DNA of 64,000 nucleotides from the NCBI GenBank assembly GCA_043228905.1, contig JBHGNT010000020.1, positions 13,082,001-13,146,000 of the forward strand. Direction: 5' to 3'. This stretch comes from Azolla caroliniana (taxonomy: Eukaryota; Plantae; Polypodiophyta). Each line of letters starts with the position of its first letter. Positions within the stretch are counted from its first letter, which is position 1. The position numbers were made by a program, and so were the translations under genes. Under the pieces are notes generated by a model. The model was not told the origin of the DNA, made no database searches, and saw only the letters and a program-made list of their open reading frames with translations. Shown in pieces: positions 40,310 to 52,639 of this stretch.

Positions 40310-43300
40310 ATCTTCACGACAACGCTACATTAACATGTTGTTTTTATATTCAAGAAAGGGTCCATGGAAGTTGATAGTTCCATTGAGGTCTTTGATTTGT
40401 CACTACAAAGAGGGGCACCTTCCTCCATAAGTGAAGAAGCTTCATCCTTCTCTTATGAATATTTTCTGGAGAACCATCATGTTATCATACTGCCCACGAA
40501 CCACAGTCAACAATGTTTCCCATATCTCAAGCAATACCTTTGAAAGACCAAACTTTGTTGCATCCTAAAGTCGATTGCATCTACATTTCCATAATACCCG
40601 TAATATTACCGTAGTCACAGTTTTCCAGACATGGACAGATTGCACCTGCTTTCGAGGTTGCTGAAATGGACTAACCGATATCAATCTTCTGTTGTGTACC
40701 GTCATGGCCTCTTGAATATCGTCTGCTCCCCATGAGAACAAGCAACCAACATTAATTGTTAGGAATAAAGACCAGAGGGCATGCTTAATAGTCTCATGCA
40801 TTGCATAGCAAAATTCACATTGCCTGAGATTAGGTGCTACATTCCCTTCCAACGACTAGCCAACTGGTAATGCTGCATGCACTAATAGCCATCTAAAGAG
40901 AATAAATTTAGAGGGCCCCATGAAAGATCAGAACCATCTCCAATATGTTTTCAATTGCAACGTTGAAACACCCTAGTTAATCCAATGTTTTTGAGATACT
41001 GGCGCCATTACATTCGTAGACCTTAGTAATGACCTTCCAAGCATTACTGAATACTGAAAGAAGGGAACCTTTATGATTTGTTCCCCCAAGGAATATGTCC
41101 AAAACCAACCCCCCGAATCCCATAGTAATCTTGCAACAGGTTCTTGTGCATACAACCACATCATATCACACATATGAGTGATAGAAGGGTAAGGATCAAG
41201 CAACCACTTCTTTCCCATTTTTGCAACCACTCTGACTGGTGCATTTCGCGCATGCTGTAAATAGTTGCAGTCAAAGGCATGAGGTTGCATTCTATTGTTA
41301 TCAAGAACCTCAAAATAAGAAATGCACCCATTAGGTGAGATACCCTTGACAACCAACAATATGTCATTAATGAAGCATCCAAACCAGAAATGTTCCTGTA
41401 TGGGTTGGAAGGTCGCCGCCAATGCGGAATATGACACTGAAATGGCAACCATCATTATCTCGGCACAATGAACAACTTGTAGATGCGCAAGACAATCTGT
41501 TTGTGACATCTGCTGGAATTGAATCCAAGTGCTTACAGATGCAACTGACCATTATCTAGTTTACCCAAGGCAAGGTGAGTTCTAAGACCCAACACTTTTC
41601 CTACATTATCCCGAAATTGAGAATTTCCAAGCAAAGGCTGATTAAGCAGTGCATGCCAAGTAGAAGACTTCTCCTTAATCAGAAATGGTTTGATCCCACC
41701 CATTCCCTTATGATTCCTAACAAAAATCAGTTAGACGCTAGATCCCGCCTTGGTGTTTGCACATCATTCAAGAACAACCATTTTAGAAAAGGAGACCAAA
41801 CTCCCCCCGTCCTAGGACTTAACTTCATTAGATAGTTAAGAGACATTCCTTTCCAGGCTTTTGACCCTGGCAACAATCCTCGGATCACAAACTTAACCAA
41901 GAGGGCTCTTGACTGCATCAAAGGATCTATCAAACCCAACCCTCCATGGATTTTATGTTGAATCAACACCTTCCAAGCAACTTTGGCTTTTGTTCGAGAT
42001 CCATTTTTTCCCCCCCAAAGGAAATTACGGATCAAGCTTTGCACTTTCATTATTGCCGACCTAGAAAATAACCAAACAGATGCTATAAACCACATAGAGG
42101 CCAAAAGTACTGAATTTGCTACTACAACCCGACATGCAAAGGACAATTGTTGGGCATCCAAATATAGAAGTTTATGGTTTATTGATAATAGTAGTGGGGA
42201 TAACATAGCTGCTTCTGATTTTAAATCTATACCAACTAGACATCCCAAATACCGAACAGGTTCACCTTGGTTAAGCCATCGGAAAGTAGAACTTGGATAC
42301 CAAGCGGGATGAGGCTCTTCACCCACCCATAACCCTACCGACTTATTCCATTTAAGTGAGGCACTTGTGGCTTCCGAGAAATTATGCAAAAAGCATTTTG
42401 TACCTGCCCGAGATTACTAATCTCCCCATCAACATAGAGGATTGTATCATATGCAAACTCAACATCCAATACAGTAGATTGTGCAATAGGTAATATTATA
42501 CCTTTTATACCAGCCGAAGAAGATCTTAGGTATGAGGCTAGAGCTTCGTCGAACAAGATAAAAAGAGAAGGGGCAAGAGGACATCCTTGCCTAACTGACT
42601 TGGAAATTGGAAATATTGGCTCATAACCTCCAACGAACAAAACTGAGCTAGAGGCTTGCATGTATAAGGCTGAAACATCAGTTATCCATGCATTAGGAAA
42701 GCCTAATCTTGACAGCACTGCCTCAAGAAAATCCCAGTCTACTTTGTCATAGGCTTTTTCAAAGTGCAGTAGTAAAACTACCATTTGTTGTTTATTTTGT
42801 TGAGCTAATGCAACCATTCCCCATAACAAAAAGATATTATCGAAAATGCTTCCGTCTTGTATAAAACCAGAATGCATATCATGAATAATAGATGGCACTA
42901 GAGATCGTAATCTAATGGCAATTGTTTTTGCCACAATCTTATAAACATCATTGAGCAATGTTATTGGCCACCACTTAGAGACTTCATCACATTGAGCATC
43001 CAACTTAGGAATCGTATATATTATTCCTTCCTTCTATTCCACCGACATAGTTCCCGTTGAAAAAATTAGATTAGTCTCTCTAGTGAGGATAGGGCCAAGA
43101 AAATCCCAATAATGTAAGTAGAAGCCAACTCCTATTCCGTGTTTTCCTGGACAAACATCCTTACCCAAGGATTTAGTTGCAAATAAAACCTCTTGAAGCG
43201 TAAATGGTTGTAGTAAATGAGATGGCATTTCATTTTGTAATCTTTTGTTGAACAATTGCAAGTATATATTGTTTCTTATAAAAGACTATCTATTATAAAA

Positions 43301-44310
43301 GTTGTAGCAAACAACAATTGATGATAGTAATCTGAGACTATACCCCGCATCTCAGAGTCGTCTGATGTATATGATCCATCAACCTGTTTCAAGGAGGTAA
43401 TAGAGATAGGTTTATATTTTCGTTTGAACTGATAATTTGAAGAATTCCTGATTAACTCGATCTTGCTTTTGCGACCCACAAGCAACATTGCGATAAAAGA
43501 GGAACGTTGAACGTGCTTGTTGCTTTTCTTTTAAACATCTTTTTACCTGTTGCAAGTCAGAAAGTAGCATGGATGAAGTTGGATACCTTTCCAACAATTT
43601 TTGTAATTTTTGAATTGCAACGATACACCAAAACTGATACTATATTCATGAAGAAATTCTTTGTATCAAGTATGGCATCAACCATATTACGAAGCAAAAA
43701 ATCATCCGTCAAGTTGTATTTTGACCATTTCTGAACAATTGACATCAAATAGCAAGGGTCGAAAGTAAATCATTAACCGAGCCGTGCACGTGCAACAAAG
43801 AAAGTTGTCGTTCACTCGCTGTTTGCCTAGTGAAGAGTTTAGAGAATTCCCGAATGACCTACTTGGAAGGAGAAATACGCCATTGCTTAGAGTATCGTTT
43901 CTTATCAAATGTAACATTTAACTTTAGAGGGTCATGGTCAGATATCGTTGATCCCGGAATAATGCTAAGGGATCCACCCGCATCCCAAAAGAAACCGATG
44001 GCATAAAATCTATCCAGTCGAGACAAAGTAGCACTAACCACACTCCCGTCTAATCTAGAAAACTGCAGGGACCCTTATATACGTGAGAAAGGCTGCACCT
44101 TCCATAAATCAAGCAGACCAAAGGCAAAACAAAAGGAGTCCCAACACTTAGCTTCCCAAGCTGAAACTGTAGTAGTTGTACATCCTATTCTATCGGAAGC
44201 ATCCTCGATCATATTAAAATCACCTCCCACTAACCAACCTGCATATTTTGAAAGAGACAGCCAGAAACTTGCTCTCTCTGACGCGGAGTTAGGAGCTAGA
44301 AATCTGCTAA
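40310..44310 (-). mobile_element. Decayed, 5'-truncated L1-clade LINE (ORF2: endonuclease, RT, zf-RVT)
   Basis: APE motifs WLVGGDFNMIE, SRLDRFY and SDHDPL. RT motifs PITLLNDVYKIVAK, FEKAYDKV.W, VRQGCPLAPSLF and RYLG. RNFLWGG...GGLG and a C-terminal CEFC...ETIKHALW are present. Many stops and frameshifts. Confidence 0.92.
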
Positions 44311-44384
44311 GTCAATGACCTTCTTGTTCCTACTTCTAACGTGGTACCCTCCTCACAACCAATGTTGACAAGAAAGGGCCATAT

Positions 44385-45007
44385 TGTTGAGTATCCAATC
44401 CCGCTGAATGGGATGGGGTGCTAGCCAGATCGGCCTGATGTCGATGGACTGAAGAGCCGAATGATAGTCGGCTTGTCCGAATCAGAATTCGGATATTGCG
44501 CAATCATTAGGAGCCAACTAAGCACTGACCAGAGAGAGATAAGCCGAATAAATCAATAGAAAACTTGGCAAAAGCCGAAAATCGATTGATTGCCAATTCG
44601 GTCAAGGCTGACAATCAACCGATAACCAACTCAAGGAATAGCCGAATTCGACTCAGGGCTATATTTGTAAATATTTAGGGCTGTATATCGGTATAAATAT
44701 AGCTAGGGAAAAATGTGTAATAAATATGTATGTATAGTGTTGTTTTAAGTGTGTGGAGAGTGTGTTAGTGTTGTCGCCGCATGTAAGACGAAGTCAAGCT
44801 CAAGGTTGTTGCCTTAGGGTTTCTTATACTCTCTTTATATAGTGATATGTTTGGAGTTTGTGGGCTCCTGTGGTTTTTCTCTTTCCGGGTTTTCCATGAC
44901 ATTTTTTGTCTAGTTGTTTATGCATTGTCAGTTTCTATTCATGTTTTGGTTATTGTCTTCTCTCATTTGTACTTGTGAACCGGTTGTGACCAGCCTCATT
45001 TACAACA
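44385..45007 (+). mobile_element. Solo LTR (623 bp)
   Basis: TGTTG...CAACA termini and TSD CATAT/CGTAT. The pre-insertion site is visible uninterrupted in repeat copy 1 (GGGCCATATAATAGCC). TATA-like GTATAAATA near 44691 and a GTGGTTTTTC...GGGTTTTCCA motif. Confidence 0.9.
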
Positions 45008-45138
45008 CGTATAATGGCCATGTAGGCTCCTTATTAGAGTTTGTTGCCTATGTTATACTAATTGGACCTTCTTCAACATAGCCCAAACTTGACCTACAAT
45101 TTATATTTGTCATTTAATCAATTGAATCTTTGTGAACA

Positions 45139-45497
45139 TGTAAGATCTTGCGACATCATGTTGATTGTTAGCTTGGGTTATTGGGTCATGACTTAAAGGC
45201 GAATCGTTTGGGTAGCATCGTTGATCTTGTGGTCGTGGTAGTGTGATGGCTTGTGATCCTAGTCATAGTCGCAATGGTGTCGCGGATTTCCGCGAGGATG
45301 TGTTGAGATGGGGCGGGACCACAGGGATCTCGGACCAAGGAGCCGGTAAGGTGAGAGCAAGAGGGTCGTCCGGATCGGGGTATCTGGTGACATATCCGGT
45401 CTGGATCAGTTTCCGGATGCTCGACAATGAGCGTAACAGGTTCAGATATGTGTGTTATTCTGGACCGGTTGTTGGATAACAACCAACGAGCACACGA
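45139..45497. mobile_element. Probable older LTR remnant, host of the nested Gypsy elements; continues at 52644-53255 and about 62260-62349
   Basis: The sequence on both sides of the inserted elements is LTR-like: (AG)n, a TATA-like tract, and similarity of 52670-52850 to solo LTR 58650-59075. Termini and TSD are not resolved. Confidence 0.4.
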
Positions 45498-48400
45498 TGT
45501 CAAGGAAATCCTCGCGGATGTGTAGAAGTTGGGCAGGACCACGAGGGTCTTGTACCAAGGAATCAAGAAGCGAGGAGGAAGGGTCTGTGGTTTACGTAAG
45601 CCCTGAGGCCACGATCAAACAGAGAAGGTTAGCGAGACGAGAGGAAGAGTGTAAGAGGATCGTGTGTAGACACAGGCGCAAACAGAGATGCTGGGCACAA
45701 CTTGCGCTAGGTAGGTAATTTTTTATTAATCAACACATGCACGTGGCGTTGTGGGTGATTACAACCGGATCAGTGCCGGTGATGGAGGGTAGAGCTCTAC
45801 AGTAGTTAAACACAAAGACATGGGCACGCAAAAGGTCGATCCCCTGGCCGGGAGCACTCGGGCGTCTAACGCGAGTAGGGGAAGCGCCTTCCGATGTTCT
45901 ATCGTAGGACTCCCTATATTCTTCTTTTTTCTTCTCCATTTTCCTTCTCCTCTCTAAAATGACATCCCAGCAAACAGTCAAAGGTCGCCCCTTTTATAGC
46001 ACAAGGAGCAATCGTTACAAAGCATTCATGACTTGTCACTTTCCCTTCCTAGATTCTCCCCCGTGATTCGCTCTCCTCGTAACTCTCCCTACTTACGCGA
46101 TGTCTGAATCCCTATTAATGCCTTAACTACCTAGTACACCTCCTTTTACCTATGCCTAGTACTTACACTATTTAATTCACTAGGGGTGTGCACTCGTGCA
46201 CACTAGTGCTCCCGCGCGTTTCACATTGTTTCCACCTATGGCCCGGAATCTTCACGACATCCACCCCCACTAAACCGCACATACTCCGTTATGTGTCGGG
46301 CAGCAATTTAGTGAGGGATTCTGGGCCATCTACTACTCATCCTCCCCTTTTGAACTGGCGCTTTCGGCTCCTAGGTCTGGTTCCTCCTCGTTTTGCCTCT
46401 TGAAGGCCTTTATCCGCTTCCCAACCACCGGAGTTGTCATTCGGGTCCCGTCAAGCTCCGCGAGATGATATGTTGCGTTATCGTTGACACTAATTACCAC
46501 GTATGGCCCGAACCATCGCTTCGCGAACTTACGCGTAGACCTATGCTAGTTGTCGAGGCTGTTGTCGTAGACTAACACCCAATCGCCTTCCTGAATCCTC
46601 CTTGGCCGGAGCCGGTGTGTTCAGTCGAACCGGGCCTTGTTCCGGATCCTCGCCTCTTTCACCCTCGCCGTGGCCCGCTCCATGTCTTCCGGTCTTCGCT
46701 CGAGTTGCCGGATTCGGGCCGCTAACAATTCTTCTCAGCTCATTTCGTTGGCCCAATCGCTCGCCGTCCACGAGGCGATCGTCCGTTCTACTGGCATGAT
46801 GGGTTTCTGTCCAAACATTAGTTCCGTCGGCATGTACCCTATCACCGAACTGTGGGTAGTCCTGTTCGCCCATAGCGCATAAGGGAGCAACCTTGGCCAG
46901 TCACCGACTCGTCCTTCGCACACGCGTACAATGGCTTTTACGATCGGACTGTGGCCCCGCTCAATCTTTCCATTTGCCTCCGGGTTGTACGCCGTCGTGA
47001 GGGACAATTTTACGCCTAACCGATCGAAAAATTCCTCGGCCTCTTCCGTGTCTTGCTCGCCTCGGTCAGCCACGATTTTTCCCATGCACCCGTATCGGCA
47101 TATGACATCTTCGATAAGAAACTTGCATACTACCGCAATGGTCTTGTTCGTTAGTGCCCGGTCCTCTACTTGGTTCGTTAGGTCTTCTCTAGCCAACACT
47201 AGGTATCGCTTCTGACCCTCCCCCATCAACATCGTTACTAAGTCGACCATCCATTTGAAGTGCACGGCCGGGGGGTACGTTGGGTGTAGCTCGTCGCGGT
47301 GTCGAACCTCCGAGTGCATTTGGCAGCTTTCGCATGTGGACACGAAGTCGTGCATGCTCTTATATATACCCGGCCACCGGTATTTCTCCTTTATCTTCTC
47401 GAATGTGGCCCATGTACCCCGGTGTCCAGACCAACGGCTTTCGTAGAACTATGATATTAGCTTCTCTTGATCATCCACCCGCGCTATTACACGGAGCGGC
47501 GCGTCGTTTCGCCTCTTTGGGACCTTCCAAATCTTCCCGTTCCATAGGAAGTATCGGTATGCCCTTTTTTGGAGCTGTCCCGCTTCCTCCCTAGTAATCA
47601 AGGCTTCCGCCGTCATTGTCTTTAGAAATCTTCCGATTAGAAGCCACTCCCCATCGTAGTCGCCTTCGTCGAACTCGTTTAGGGGCGGAGCGTTTCACTT
47701 TTTTATCCTCATCCTTGCTGATTCGAAGAAGTCCGCGCCAATTTCTTCGTTCTCTGATACCATGTCGTCCTCGTCCTTGAACCTTGCTCTGGAAAGCATA
47801 TCAGCCATGGCGTTGTCTTTACTCAAGTTGTGTCATATCTCTGGGTTCAGGGACTTGATGTACGCAATCCACCTCAGCATGGCCAGGTCGGGAGTTGCGC
47901 ATCCGGACACCATACCAAGGATCGGCAGGCAGTCCGTTTCTATGATCACTTCTATCCCGATTAGGTAGTCTTTGTCGACCTTAACCGCCGAAACGATACC
48001 CCATAGCTCGCGCTTGACTTGGGCGTATCCTCGTTGTCGCTCACTCAGTACCTTCGTACCGAACTAGATAGGGAAACGTGTGCCGTCTTCGTCCTCTTGA
48101 TTTACGACCCATCCGATCCCGGTCGAACTGGTGTCCACCGTGATGTAGACCGGAGTTCCCGGTGCGTATTCTGTTTTGCACAAAGCTGGTGCTGCGGTGA
48201 GCGTTCGTTTTAGCCTCCGGACCGCCTCGGTATGTTCCTTTGTCCATTCAAACTTCCTGCTCTTCTTTAGCAAGCCGTAGAGTGGTTCGACGACGTGCGC
48301 GTAATGAGAGATCCATATGTGGTAGAAGGCGCATGCTCCTAAGAATCGTCGAACCTCTGTGATGGATCCGCACTCCTCCTTCATTGCCGAGATGGCCTCT

Positions 48401-51400
48401 ACCTTGGTCGGCAACGGCTTCCAGCCGTACGACCCACATAGATGGCCCACCACTAAGATCTCTGGTTGTCCGAAGGCCAACTTCTCTCCCGAGAAGGTAA
48501 GCCACGCGTCTTCGAGCCTCTGTAGTATCTTCTCGCAGTTGGAGATATGGTCGGTGACAAACCTTCGGCACTCGTCTGAGCTGATCGACTCATCCTTGGT
48601 GTCCCCCGGACACCCCTTGATAGGGATGTCATCCAGGAAAGGCATGGTGATGTCCGGAGTGCAGTCCCGTAGAACTCTGTTCATTGCATTCACCATGTGT
48701 GCCACCGAGTTGGTCCCTCCTTGTGGTAGGGTACACATTCGAACTAGGCCGAGAGGGGTTCACATTGTTGTGATGTCCCTACTTTCCACGGCCAGCTGGA
48801 ACTAGTCGTACCCTGAGTAAAGGTCTCCAACTGAGTATATGGACCTTCTGGCGAAGGCTTCCGCGAACTCATCGATTGAGGGCCCAACTCCAGTATTGCG
48901 GATGGTCACCTTGTTGACCGGTTGTAAGTCTTGGATGAAGCGTAGCATACCGTTCTTCTTTGGTACCGTAAACCATTGGTTAGAGTAAGGGGCACTCGAT
49001 GGTTCGAGGATGCCCAACTCCACCTTATGCTAAAGAAGCTCCATCAACATTGGCATGTGAGCTCTTGGTACTTGAATCGGTTTGAGACTCCAGGGCGCGT
49101 GCGGCACGGTAAAGATCACCATTGGTTCGACAATGGTTGGGTCGACGCACCCGATCTCTCCTGGCGAGAATGCGAAGGCTTTCCTGTGCCTCTCGAGCAT
49201 CCTTCTGAACCGGTCCTCTTTCGCCGGCAGTAGGAAGCCACCGCCACCGATCTTCAGCTCTCGTAGCATTTTGTCGGTGAAACGGTGTCCTATGCCGGCC
49301 GGATCTCGCAAGCTCGGGTCAGTAGTAGCCCCCTTTATTCGTTCCCAGCTGCCCTCCGGTAAGGGAGCTGCAATGGGCTTCACCTTCCGGTCCACATCTT
49401 GTACTTGGTGTCTACTTGGGCGATCCTATGCGCCCTGTTCTTTCTTTCGAAGTCCGCAATGACTTCATACATGTCGACCGAGTTGACTGGTATGACTCGG
49501 TTTTCGCTTAGGCCTCCTTCGACTACCTTCCCGATTTCTCCAAGGGTGTCATCCAACAAGACTGCCTCCACAGCTTCCCTAATCCTTTCGTCGTGACTCA
49601 AGGCTCCGCACGCCTTTAAGCGTATCTCAGCCCGTTTTCTTTCTCGGCCATTGATGCTGGCTATGGTACATCCCCCGTTGTTGGAGAGCAAAACTTTCCT
49701 TCCTATTTTACAGGTGTGGGGAATTTTCCGGCTATCAGGACTATCGCAGCCCCACGCCTTGATAGCCCTTTCAAAAAATCCGCCCTGTCGTTATTTCCAA
49801 GGGTGTCTCGGTTCCGCTCGTGATTCTTCCGAACGGTCAAAAATTGGACGGAATGAAGACCGTCCTCACTTTTTACCCACACATAGGCTGAACCATTGTC
49901 CAACACTTTCGTTTCCATTCTAGCCGTCATGATGTATGGTTCGCCGAGGATGACTGGGTGGGAGGACGACTCTTGCAAGAAAAAGTGTTGGTTTATATTG
50001 ACGTCTCCAACGCTCACCCTAACATTTGGGCAATCCTCGTGTAGTTCTTCCGTGGCTCTCATAGCCGCGCATATCTTCCACTCATGTTTGGTGTTGATCG
50101 GCCAATTCCCCTTTTTGTAGAAGTCCATGGACATCAAGTTAATTTCCAACCCGTGGTCGATCAATGCCACCACTGGATCCTTCACGTCCCCAATACGAAT
50201 CGGGGTTTTTGTAGTTGCTCTTGCCCAGTGCGGCCTGGCGTAGTGGCTTTCCGCAAGCTCGTCTTCCGCGGCCATCTCGTCGAGGAGTGCCACCCTTACC
50301 TCAACCGGCTTCTCAGACTTCGGCTCCTTTGCGAGACGCTTTCTCTTCACGAGGTCCACGATGTTGTCGTGGAATTCCCTTCTCGCTATGCCAAGCACTT
50401 CCCTAAGCGTGAGTTCTACGTGACTGTCGAGAACTCGCTCCTCTAGAACCTTTTATAGGTTCGTTGTTTTTTCGATCTCCGAGCTTAAACGGAAGCTCGG
50501 AACCTTGCCCTTCTCCTTCTCCTGGGTTCCGGTCGGAGTGGCATCGTGCCTTTTCGGCGTGCTTCGAGTGTCATACCTCCCCCGGTTTTCCCCGCTCACC
50601 TTTCGTCGATCAGGACCTCGTAGTTCCTGCAGGCGGCCTCCACAAAGCCGGTGCTCTCCTCAACGGGGTCACTCCAGCTGGTAACTTCGCGCACACGCTC
50701 CTCCGCGCAATCCGCTTCTCCCTTTTGCAGCCTTCCTCCGGACAAGGTTTTGAGAATAACTAGCCAGATCCCAGGGTTTGAATTAGGTTTGACCGCCTTT
50801 TCGCCTACGCGGATGCCGGGGGAAGCCGAGTAGTGGACGACTTCGACGTGCCGTGCCGCGGCCTCTTCCATTAGCCGCTTCCTGCCACCTCATTCGAAAT
50901 TCGCGTCAAGCAATCTCTGAAAATTTGAATCACTCGCATGTATCCTACCATTCGAAAGATAAACTACATTACTTCTGAGCGCTTCGTCGAGGTCAGCACA
51001 ATCTCTCTGGGCATGTCCGGTAGCATCACACCATATGCACCTCTGATTGACCGGCGATCACCGGTCGCACGACTGACCCTCGTTGCTTCATCGGGCCTGG
51101 GCGATCTAGAGGTCGCGCACCATCCTTGTTAGTTCTTCGAGTCCTACGCCGCCTGCAGGTCCCGCAACTACATTTGCCGGGGGTGGGCCTAGCTCGAGCC
51201 ACCTCCTCGTTTCTTCCATTTGGCTCGGCTCTGGTTTCGATAGCCGGTCTGGCCAACGAGGACCCCCTTACTTCTTTGACGGTCGCCAAGTCAGTTGTGA
51301 GACCGCGGTTGGTTTCAAGAAGAAGACCCATGCTTTCCCGGACGCGCGAGTCGAATGACGTGACGAAAAATAGGACTTTGCTCATTTTGAGCACGGTTCC

Positions 51401-52639
51401 GTCCAATCTAGAGAGCTGTGTGAACCGTGACTCGAACTCCTGGAAGAGCGCCGAAGCGTTCTAACCCTTGTCGGGACTGTTGACCCAATCCATAAAGTCC
51501 GTTCTCGATAGCCGGAGCGAGTCGTCATAGTTGTACCTTTCGAGAACTTCCTTCGCGAATTCCGCCCAATCGCGACAACCTGCTTGTATTTCGGCCATCT
51601 CCGTATGGATGTGTAGTGTCATGACCCGGGGAAACCCTGTCAGTCGTCTATCCTCATCTGCATTTCAGATTTGTAGGCCTCTAAGTAACTCGTGGCGTCT
51701 TTTCCATTGAACCGGCCTATCTTGTCGACCGTTGCTTCTATGGCCCTGTCGAGGGCACTCGCGCCCTCGCGAGCACTAACCAGGCATTCTACCGCCACCG
51801 CCATTGCTTCTGCAAGTTCGGTCCCTCTCATTTCCAGATTCCTTTGCCGCCCTTATTCACATCGGGTTCACCAAAGATGTCGAGGAAATCCTCGCGGATG
51901 CGTAGAAGTTGGGCAGGACCACGGGGGTCTTGTACCAAGGAATCAAGAAGCAAGGAGGAAGGGTCTGTGGTTTATGTAAGCCTTGAAGCCACGGTCAAAC
52001 AGAGAAGGTTAGCGAGACGAGAGGAAGAGTGTAATAGGATCGTGTGTAGACACAGGCGTAGACAGAGATGTTGGGCACAACTTGCGCTAGGAAGGTATTT
52101 TTTTATTACTCAACACATGCGCGTGGTGTTGTGGGTGATTACAACCGAATCAGTGCCGGTGATGGAGCGTAGAGCTCTACAGTAGTTAAACACAAAGACA
52201 CGGGCACGCAGAAGGTCGATCCCCTGGCTGGGAGCACTCGGGTGTCTAATGCGAGTAGGGGAAGCGCCTTCCGGTGTTCTGTCGTAGGACTCCCTGTATT
52301 CTTCTTTTTTCTTCTCCGTTTTCCTTCTCCTCTCTAAAATGACATCCTAGCAAACAGTCAAAGGTCGCCCCTTTTATAGCACAAGGAGCGACCGTTACAA
52401 AGCATTCATGACTTGTCGCTTTCCCTTCCTAGATTCTCCCCCCTGATTCGCTCTCCTCTTAACTCTCCCTACTTACGTGATGTCTGAATCCCTATTAATG
52501 CCTCAACTACCTAGTACACCTCCTTTTACCTATGCCTAGTACTTACACTATTTAATTCACTAGGGGTGTGCACTCGTGCACACTAGTGCTCCCACGCGTT
52601 TCACATTGTTTCCACCTATGGCCCGGAATCTTCACGACA
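45498..52639 (-). mobile_element. Full-length, degenerate non-chromovirus Ty3/Gypsy element of fungal (Ylt1-like) type
   Basis: Two 762-bp LTRs (45498-46259 and 51878-52639, TGTC...GACA, about 95% identical by hand count) and 4-bp TSD ACGA. PBS at 51855-51873; PPT at about 46260-46272. Domain order is gag, PR (LIDHGLEINL), RT (DLYSGYD, LPQGGTNS, PFLDDIPIKG), RH, IN (HDFVSTCESCQ, IVADRGE, YNPEANGKIERGH). Frameshifts and stops throughout. Confidence 0.93.
51855..51873 (-). promoter_or_regulatory. Primer-binding site complementary to the tRNA-Trp 3' end
   Basis: Plus strand ATTCACATCGGGTTCACCA versus the plant cytosolic tRNA-Trp 3' end ATTCACGTCGGGTTCACCA (recalled), one CpG-type mismatch. It lies 4 nt from the 5' LTR. 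Confidence 0.8.

Larger units (their letters stand above)
40188..45061. repeat. 122-bp direct repeat flanking the LINE
   Basis: Copy 1 is 40188-40309. Copy 2 is 44311-44384 plus 45013-45061, split by a solo LTR. The shared sequence GTCAATGACCTTCTTGTTCCTAC...GTTTGTTGCCTATGTTATACTAA has a few mismatches. Confidence 0.9.

Noticed and set aside
40309-40324. AATCTTCACGACAACG matches the end of the Ylt1-like LTR plus flank (52628-52642)
   Set aside because: The match is only about 15 bp with no further LTR similarity, so it cannot be distinguished from chance or filler DNA.
51855-51873. Possible tRNA-Trp gene
   Set aside because: Only the 3' 19 nt including CCA are present, next to an LTR, so this is a primer-binding site and not a tRNA gene.
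45498-52639. GC-rich block as bacterial or fungal contamination
   Set aside because: It is bounded by paired LTRs with a TSD in contiguous host repeat, shows methylation-type decay, and has a related solo LTR nested elsewhere in the window.
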